64,000 nt of DNA from Patescibacteria group bacterium (GTDB lineage: Bacteria; Patescibacteriota; Saccharimonadia; UBA4664), in assembly GCA_028288925.1 (NCBI GenBank), contig JAQGHG010000012.1, positions 77,762 through 141,761 of the forward strand, written 5' to 3'. This document shows, piece by piece, positions 57,554-64,000 of the stretch. The notes under the pieces are model-generated. The model did no database searches. It worked only from the letters and a program-made list of their open reading frames with translations, and was not told the DNA's origin. How positions within the stretch are numbered: the first letter of the stretch is position 1; each line of letters starts with the position of its first letter. Both the position numbers and the translations under genes were made by a program.

Positions 57554-58154
57554 ATGACGAAACAAGCAACCATTCACGCCTATGACCGCTACTCGGATAT
57601 TTACGACCGAGAAGTAATAGATTTTTGGGCTAATTTTCCTACATCAACTATCGAGGCATTTCTGCAAAGCATCTCGGGCAAAAAGATTCTGAATGTGGGC
57701 AGCGGTAGCGGACGAGACGCGTTGCTGCTACGCCAGCACGGATTGGATGTGGTTTGCGTTGATGGTTCCGAAGAAATGGTCTGCCACGGAGCATCTGGGT
57801 TTCAAAAGCCACGCCCAAACATTTGATGTGCTGGAATTCCCAAAGAACTCCTTTGACGGAGCCTGGGCCTATACATCACTTATTCATGTTCCTCCAGCCG
57901 AGGCTAGCGCGACAATTAACAAGATAGCCACATTTCTACGGCCCAAAGGAACGTTGCTCACCGGAATTATTATTGGCAAGGGTTCCAAAACGGTAGAAAG
58001 AGAATCGATGCCAGGCGTCAAACGATTTTTTCAGTATTACCAGCCTGATGAAATAGCCTCGCTTGTAGAATCGGCAGGCTTTAAAATGGTATTCCAAGAA
58101 GAATATCAACCTCATAGCACGGTCTATCTAAACCAGGTTTACGAACTGGCATAG
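57554..58154 (+). pseudogene. class I SAM-dependent methyltransferase gene with apparent frameshift (cassette 2)
   Basis: SAM motif ILNVGSGSGRD...LDVVCVDGSEEMV in frame 1 continues in frame 2 (...HLGFKSHAQTFDVLEFP...); shift near 57780. Confidence 0.55.
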
Positions 58155-58191
58155 CCACGAGTCGCTGAGACATCGCCACGTAGCGTGGCGT

Positions 58192-58224
58192 TAACAGCGC
58201 ACACAATGATCCACCATATTTTAG
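58192..58224 (+). repeat. degenerate copy DR3 (TAACAGCGCACACAATGATCCACCATATTTTAG), similar to the sequence at 57449-57479 overlapping DR2
   Basis: about 29/31 matches to the DR2-flank, read directly. Confidence 0.5.
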
Positions 58225-58432
58225 ATAATTTCTATCAGAAGCCAAAACCAGCTTTCCTGTTTTAATAGAAACTGGAGTTATTTTTGGGTAGCTAGCCCCT
58301 CAAAGAGATAAAAGCGAATTCAAATCCTATCGATCGGCTCACTCTCGAAGATTATGCCCTACGTTGCCCTCCAGAACCTAGCTTTGGTACCCTCGTCATA
58401 CGTGGCTTGACGGGATCTGATATTATTTTTAC

Positions 58433-60160
58433 ATGGCCCATAAACCTAAAAAGTTTCGGCAGAAAACGGACGCAATACTCGCCAGTAGGTCGGTCACGGC
58501 CACAACTCATGAGCTTACCGATGTACGAATCATACGTAGCCGGTGGTGGCAGCTACGGCCGCCGTTTTGGTTGGCGGTAGCGGTAATTATACTGGTTGGT
58601 TTTGCGGTATATTTCTCAGGTTTATCAAATGACTTCGTATTAGACGATGCCCGGCAGATCGTCAATAACCCCTCGATCCAGTCAGGAACAAATTGGGGAC
58701 AGCTATTTAGTGGCAGCACTGGCTATTCCGGGTACGTCGACGGCAAGCTCATCGGCGCCTACTACCGCCCATTGATGATGGTCTCGTATTCCTTTATATA
58801 CTCAATGTTCGGTCAAGATCAGGTCGCGTTTCATGTCATTCAACTCTCATTACACATCGCCGTAGCCGTTGTTCTGCTCATGTTTCTCCGCTATACTTTT
58901 AAGCCTGTTCTGGCGCTTGGCTTGGCGTTAATTTTTCTCGCCCATCCTGTCAATAGCCAATCAGTATTCTACATCGCTTCACTACAAGAGCCGCTCTATA
59001 TGCTATTCGGGCTATTGGCTCTGTGGCTGCTATTAAAGTTTGACTCAAAGAAGAGCCTCGTGGCCGTTGCGGTCTGTCTGTTTGTGTCGCTCCTCGCCAA
59101 AGAGTCAGGCATCTTGTTTGTTGTCATGTCGGCGGTTTACTTGTTCATATACAATCGCCAGCGGTTATACACATTCCTGGTGCTCATGGCCTTGCCGCTT
59201 GTCGTATACGTTGCGCTCCGCACCCACGCCCTCGGGCTACCTCACAATCCTCACCTTGCTCAAATTGATGATCTCTCTATTTGGGGCCGCCTAGCATCAA
59301 TGCCGGCCATTCTTTTCTGGTATATATCAGTTTTCTTCTTACCGTTCCAGTTCGCTCACGCATATTACTGGACCGTACCGACACTCTCCATTACAGGTTT
59401 TTGGCTACCGTTATTGGCTGATAGTCTCTCCATTGCAGCATTGTCGTACCTGACCGCTGTAGTTAAGCGAAGGTTACCAAACGCATATTACCGGACCTAC
59501 TTATTCTTTGGGATTTGGTTTGCTCTAGGGATGATGCTGGTTTCGCAAGTCTTCCCACTTGATCTGACTGTCAGCCCGTCATGGTTTTATTTTCCAATCA
59601 TCGGGCTGCTAGGTATGCTTGGCATTGCTTCGATGCTGATCCGGTGGCCTCGGCTTCCGGGCTACGTACCAATTATCGTTATCTCTGTTATTATTGGGCT
59701 GTTAAGCATGAGGACGGCGGTCAGGGGGTTTGATTGGGTCAATGACACTACCTTGGCTGCCCGGGACGCTAAACTCTCACCCGATGACTACAACGCGCAA
59801 TTTGAAATTGCGCACGGTCTAGTACTAAGGGGTAAGTTTAATGAGGCGAGGCCATATGCCCAGCGAGCAGTAGAACTCTACCCAACCGCCGTTAACTATG
59901 AGTTATTGGCGGACATCTGCTTATGGAGTGGCGACATCCAATCTAATCGCGCTACCATTAAAAGTGGCCTCAAACACTATCCCGGCCATCCAGCATTGTG
60001 GCTGGATCTGGCCATTATTGATGAGAACAGCGGCCTCCAGGATGAGGCGAAGGACGCCATCGCTCAGGCCTATAGACTAGCGCATACCTCGGGCATGGAA
60101 AGCTACTACACGAGCATCATGAATGGTGAGCACATTAATGTCTCGCCGGTCAGCAACTAA
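58433..60160 (+). CDS. TMTC / GT39-like (DUF1736-type) membrane glycosyltransferase with C-terminal TPR repeats
   Basis: FVLDDARQIVNNP motif after the first TM; about 11 TM helices; C-terminal TPR-like YNAQFEIAHGLVLRGKFNEARPYAQRAVELYP. Confidence 0.65.
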   Translation: MAHKPKKFRQKTDAILASRSVTATTHELTDVRIIRSRWWQLRPPFWLAVAVIILVGFAVYFSGLSNDFVLDDARQIVNNPSIQSGTNWGQLFSGSTGYSGYVDGKLIGAYYRPLMMVSYSFIYSMFGQDQVAFHVIQLSLHIAVAVVLLMFLRYTFKPVLALGLALIFLAHPVNSQSVFYIASLQEPLYMLFGLLALWLLLKFDSKKSLVAVAVCLFVSLLAKESGILFVVMSAVYLFIYNRQRLYTFLVLMALPLVVYVALRTHALGLPHNPHLAQIDDLSIWGRLASMPAILFWYISVFFLPFQFAHAYYWTVPTLSITGFWLPLLADSLSIAALSYLTAVVKRRLPNAYYRTYLFFGIWFALGMMLVSQVFPLDLTVSPSWFYFPIIGLLGMLGIASMLIRWPRLPGYVPIIVISVIIGLLSMRTAVRGFDWVNDTTLAARDAKLSPDDYNAQFEIAHGLVLRGKFNEARPYAQRAVELYPTAVNYELLADICLWSGDIQSNRATIKSGLKHYPGHPALWLDLAIIDENSGLQDEAKDAIAQAYRLAHTSGMESYYTSIMNGEHINVSPVSN

Positions 60161-60271
60161 CTAGTGTAACAAAGCTCGTACAAACAACTTAAAACTCTTG
60201 TGTCTATTGACAAACGTATTCTTGGGGTAGAACCTAAAAGCAACATCAAAACTCGAAAGGTCCTAACAAAA

Positions 60272-63109
60272 ATGCGCCCCAGAATGAGTAATATCTTTTT
60301 TAGGTTAGCAATACCTGGAGTGCTAGCTTTTTTGTTTGCCGTCTTTAACCACGTCGGAACTGCATCAGCTGCAGTATGCGATCCGAGCGCGTCGGTTCAC
60401 ATTACGGGCAGTATCACAAGCCAGAATGGGGCCGGAGTAGGAAACGTAACTGTGACGGCTAATGCGGCGGGCGCAAGCACGGCAGAGTATGGTCCATGCT
60501 TCTCGCTTACCAATGGTACGTATGAGATTGATGTGGCGCCGGGCACGTATGATTTACATTTCAATCCGCCAAGTACCAGTAATCTCAATCCTGTCATCGA
60601 CACTAACTATACGGTGATGACAGACCAAGTGCTCAATATCCAGTTCGCCCCCGTCACCCGTACCTTCTCGGGCGTCCTGCGTGACCAGACCGGCGCTCCC
60701 ATTCCGGGTGTCTCTCTGGAGCTGGATACGAGTTCCGGCAGCACAGCCAAGAGCGTCTGCACTGACGCCAACGGCAACTTTAGCATGACGGTCTCGGCCG
60801 GAGCATATGTTCCCTACGTTTCCTGGGCATCCTACTACTGCGGCGGTGCTACAAACATATTCACCAACAAGTTTAATACCATTGCCCTCAGGGGCACTTC
60901 CGCTGACATCGACCTCACAAATAGCGACATGGCCCAGGACCTCCAGCTTAGTATTGCTACAGTCACAGTCACGCTAAAAGATGCCAACGGCAACCCCATA
61001 AGCGGGTCTAACGTCACTGCTCAGCCAGGCACAAGTACGAATACACCGTTACTGCCAGGAGGCCCAGGTGAGCTCAAGCCCATCGACGCAAACTTTGCCG
61101 CCAGCCATGCTACTACAGACCAGAACGGCACCGCCCAATTACCGGTATTCAAAGGCCTCTCGTTTGCCCAAAATCAAGGCAAACAGTCGCTAGGAGATAA
61201 CCTCTGTGGCTCGTCGAGTGCTGGCCCAATCTGCATAGATTCTCCGCTAACGGCCAGCGGGGATGTGGCCGTCGTTCTCCAGCGAGCTCCTTCTACTCCC
61301 GGCACACCCACAAGCCTCTCCGCTACTACCCCTACCCCCACAGCACCAGTTCTTACCTGGAACGCCGTAACTGGCGCCGCCAACTACCGCGTCTACCGCG
61401 ACGGACTGCAAACCGGCACAGCTACCACCCCCAACTTTGTCGACTCAGCTCTTAATACGAGCGGTTCATACAACTACACCGTTACCGCCGTGAATGCCCA
61501 GGATATCGAAAGCGCTAGTTCCGCACCGGTAACTGTCATTTACGACATCACCCCACCCGCGGTCATCAATGCCGCTGTAAGCCCCACTACTGTCGATCAA
61601 GGCGGCAGCACTATCCTCAGCGCTGACGTCACCGATAATCTCACCGGCGTCACAAGCGCGGAATACTTCGAAGGCACCGACCCTGGGCAAGGGAGTGGTA
61701 CCGCTATGACCATTAGTGGCGACGCAGCCACCGCCACTGTCGGTAGCACGCTCAACCCAGGTATCCACACACTCAGCGTTCGCGCCAAGGACGGTGTCGA
61801 CAATTGGAGTAATCCCGTTACCGTAACCCTCACCGTTAAACTTGCCGCACCCGCAGGTCTCCATGCTGCTACTCCCACTAACAATCCCAGCCTTAGTTGG
61901 AGCGCCGTCATCGGCACCAACCATTACGACATCTACCGCGATAGCACAAAAGTCGGCTCAGTCGCTACAGTCAGCTACACCGATGCCGCAGCCACCGAGG
62001 GTAGTCGCACCTACTACGTCGTAGCTGTCACCGCCGACAATGTCGTAAGCGATCCCTCTAGCACCATTACGATAGTAATCGACAAAACCAACCCCACCAT
62101 CACTACCGCCGTTACGCCTACTCCCAACGCTGCCGGCTGGAACAACACGAGCGTCACAGTCACTTTTACCTGCTCCGACGCTTCCGGTGTTGCCTCCTGC
62201 ACCTCACCCATCGCCTTCGTCTCTGAAGGCAAGAACCAAACCACTACAGGCACCGCCACGGACAATGCTGGCAATACCGCTACCGTCTCAACGACCATTC
62301 GCATCGACAGAACCGCCCCCACTGTCTCAAGTCCCACCTGGTCCGCTAACCCCATACCCGCCAACGCCACTACCACACTCACAGTCCCCACAGCCGACGC
62401 TCTCTCTGTGGTAACCGGTGGTGAGTACTTCATTGGCACCGATCCCGGACAGGGGAGTGGTACGGCCATGACCTACAGCGCCGGTAATCTCTCGGCCACA
62501 CTTGGCTCAAGCCTGTCAGTTGGCGTGTACGACATCGGCGTTCGAGCCAAAGATACCGCTGGCAACTGGAGCCTCACTACCACCACAATGCTTGTCGTCA
62601 ACGACCCCACTACGACTCTGGGTATCTCCGGTAAGAACAAAAAAGACCTTGTACCCAGACTCGCCGCTGGCGACATCCTGCCCGGTCTCACCAGCCCCAC
62701 CCAAACTGATGCCGCCGATTATGGCATGACCGTCAGCTACAAGAACGGTGTCCTCGACACTCACAACGCCTTCCACCTCACCTACGCCACCGGCGCTAAT
62801 TGTGGTAAGCCCACCGCCCAAAACTGTCATACCTTCACGCTTGATGCTACCAGCTTCGATTGGCTCATCGTTGACCAAGCCAACAATTCCCGAGGTCGGT
62901 TCCAGGGACTCGCCACTCTTACCATTGATGGCGTTACTACCGCCAATCCCTTCACCATAATGAGCATCGACGGCGACCGTTTAACGCCCAACGCCAACGA
63001 CTCCCTCGTTCTCAAAGTCTATGCGCCTGGTGCCAACCCTGCCACCACCGCGGCTATTTATCAGGCCTCTGGGTCTATGGCTAAGGGGAACGGTGTAAAG
63101 ATTCAGTAA
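60272..63109 (+). CDS. large secreted surface protein with prealbumin-like, fibronectin-III and Ig-like repeat domains
   Basis: signal peptide MRPRMSNIFFRLAIPGVLAFLFAVFNHVGTASA; two FN3-like units (LTWNAVTGAANYRVYRDG, LSWSAVIGTNHYDIYRDS); two roughly 100-aa repeats sharing EYFxGTDPGQGSGTAMT...VRAKD..NWS; the track starts at 60200. Confidence 0.65.
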   Translation: MRPRMSNIFFRLAIPGVLAFLFAVFNHVGTASAAVCDPSASVHITGSITSQNGAGVGNVTVTANAAGASTAEYGPCFSLTNGTYEIDVAPGTYDLHFNPPSTSNLNPVIDTNYTVMTDQVLNIQFAPVTRTFSGVLRDQTGAPIPGVSLELDTSSGSTAKSVCTDANGNFSMTVSAGAYVPYVSWASYYCGGATNIFTNKFNTIALRGTSADIDLTNSDMAQDLQLSIATVTVTLKDANGNPISGSNVTAQPGTSTNTPLLPGGPGELKPIDANFAASHATTDQNGTAQLPVFKGLSFAQNQGKQSLGDNLCGSSSAGPICIDSPLTASGDVAVVLQRAPSTPGTPTSLSATTPTPTAPVLTWNAVTGAANYRVYRDGLQTGTATTPNFVDSALNTSGSYNYTVTAVNAQDIESASSAPVTVIYDITPPAVINAAVSPTTVDQGGSTILSADVTDNLTGVTSAEYFEGTDPGQGSGTAMTISGDAATATVGSTLNPGIHTLSVRAKDGVDNWSNPVTVTLTVKLAAPAGLHAATPTNNPSLSWSAVIGTNHYDIYRDSTKVGSVATVSYTDAAATEGSRTYYVVAVTADNVVSDPSSTITIVIDKTNPTITTAVTPTPNAAGWNNTSVTVTFTCSDASGVASCTSPIAFVSEGKNQTTTGTATDNAGNTATVSTTIRIDRTAPTVSSPTWSANPIPANATTTLTVPTADALSVVTGGEYFIGTDPGQGSGTAMTYSAGNLSATLGSSLSVGVYDIGVRAKDTAGNWSLTTTTMLVVNDPTTTLGISGKNKKDLVPRLAAGDILPGLTSPTQTDAADYGMTVSYKNGVLDTHNAFHLTYATGANCGKPTAQNCHTFTLDATSFDWLIVDQANNSRGRFQGLATLTIDGVTTANPFTIMSIDGDRLTPNANDSLVLKVYAPGANPATTAAIYQASGSMAKGNGVKIQ

Positions 63110-63572
63110 TACGATATCGGTTACGTACTCAAGGTGAAATCGTCCGATATCCCCTCGACTCGATCCGACCACAATCTCGCAACTACCATTATGAGATAGG
63201 ATCTTGGAATTGGGTAATCGCATCTCCGGCCTGCGCGCCATAAACTACATCATGCTCGACAGGATGTCGCGTATTCATGACAGTCCGCAAGTTCGATTAA
63301 TAAGAAGATTTGAAACGGATAAAAACCGAGGTATCATGATGCTGACTACTCGCTGTCGGTACTGGCGCTTTCATCCAAGAGTTCGCGTGTCTCTTTTGCC
63401 TCGTATTCAGGATCATCGCCAAAAGTTATATTAACGTCTCCCATGCTCCACCATGGAATCATCCAACAAAGAGAGAGCCTTCGCGGCTCTTTTTTGTTAT
63501 TTATGACAAAGCTCCTCGACTTTCTCAGCTTATACTTAATAAATACTAGCAAAAACACAGGAGGTAGCCGAT

Positions 63573-64000
63573 TTGAAGCAAATATACCTAAAGATCCTAG
63601 CCATAGTAACGATAACGCTCGGGAGTATGGCCGCGCCAATTGTTTCGGCCGCAAACTCCAGCCCGGGTTCAGGTGGCCTCGCGGACTATAACGCCAGCGG
63701 TAAAACCACCGCGGATGGCACGCCGCTCACCCACTGGGCCGCGGGACGGGGCGCCGGACCCGTGGCTACCCTAAAGTCGGCTCCCGATTTAACGGCGCTC
63801 GCCGCCACCACGCCCGAGCCAGAATGTCCGTTGGAGCTCAAGCGCAAATGCCACTTTGTGCCGGCCGCTTATCAGCAAGTCGATCCTAACGATTCATCAA
63901 ATTACGGCAACTACGACTTGGCCGAGCGCCCATCCAACGGCCTCAAGGTAAATTCGGTGGTGATCCACGACACCGAAGGCTCGCTAGCCGACACCTTGGC
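63573..64000 (+). CDS. secreted protein, 3'-truncated by the window end
   Basis: SD AGGAGGT 7 nt before TTG; signal-peptide-like KQIYLKILAIVTITLGSMAAPIVSA; open to the window end. Confidence 0.4.
   Translation, partial: MKQIYLKILAIVTITLGSMAAPIVSAANSSPGSGGLADYNASGKTTADGTPLTHWAAGRGAGPVATLKSAPDLTALAATTPEPECPLELKRKCHFVPAAYQQVDPNDSSNYGNYDLAERPSNGLKVNSVVIHDTEGSLADTL

Noticed and set aside
63346-63654. 102-aa minus-strand ORF at the island boundary
   Set aside because: It runs through the terminator hairpin and the att-like 12-mer. It has a low-complexity acidic C-terminus and no RBS. It is more likely non-coding.
1-64000. CRISPR arrays, rRNA genes, additional tRNAs
   Set aside because: No regularly spaced direct repeats were seen. 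No rRNA-like conserved segments were seen. No further cloverleaf candidates beyond tRNA-Ala were found on visual scan. A tRNAscan or cmscan run could still find something missed.

Overview
This 64-kb window is high-GC (roughly 60%, judged by eye) and comes from a compact bacterial chromosome with genes almost all co-directional on the + strand and frequent 1-11 nt overlaps. The housekeeping content is clear: pyk-pgk-tpiA, uvrD/pcrA, pyrH, rsmA, metG, tatD, a cysteine desulfurase, mnmA, alaS, ftsA, ruvX-mltG, obg, an MsbA-like ABC exporter and tRNA-Ala(CGC). Envelope genes include an RpfB-like DUF348-G5-transglycosylase protein, a MarP-like CvpA-trypsin protease, a LysM-CHAP hydrolase, a CvpA-CAP fusion and a DUF218 protein. 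These sit beside lower-GC accessory segments. 

The accessory regions contain:
- a polyprenol-phosphate-sugar type glycosylation cluster at 27-10661: nucleotide-sugar dehydrogenase, GtrB/DPM1-like GT2, two GT4, GT-C-like membrane proteins and a Wzx flippase;
- a TasA/camelysin-like protein, a SipW-like signal peptidase and a third secreted protein, preceded by a separately terminated gene for a small secreted His/Trp-rich peptide;
- an IS200/RAYT-like HUH transposase flanked by perfect 24-bp inverted repeats;
- a bona fide intein (361 aa) inserted in helicase motif III of UvrD;
- a roughly 90-nt palindromic element seen twice, whose outer stems differ but stay perfectly complementary, with one copy in-frame inside uvrD (a Rickettsia-palindromic-element-like situation);
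- a tandem array of small gene cassettes downstream of tRNA-Ala, bounded by 40-nt direct repeats of the tRNA 3' end, with both cassette genes frameshifted, followed by a lower-GC island encoding a TMTC/GT39-like TPR glycosyltransferase and a 969-aa FN3-repeat surface protein.

No rRNA or CRISPR array was seen. All calls come from reading the sequence and ORF translations. No database searches were run. GC and codon-usage statements are visual impressions, not computed.
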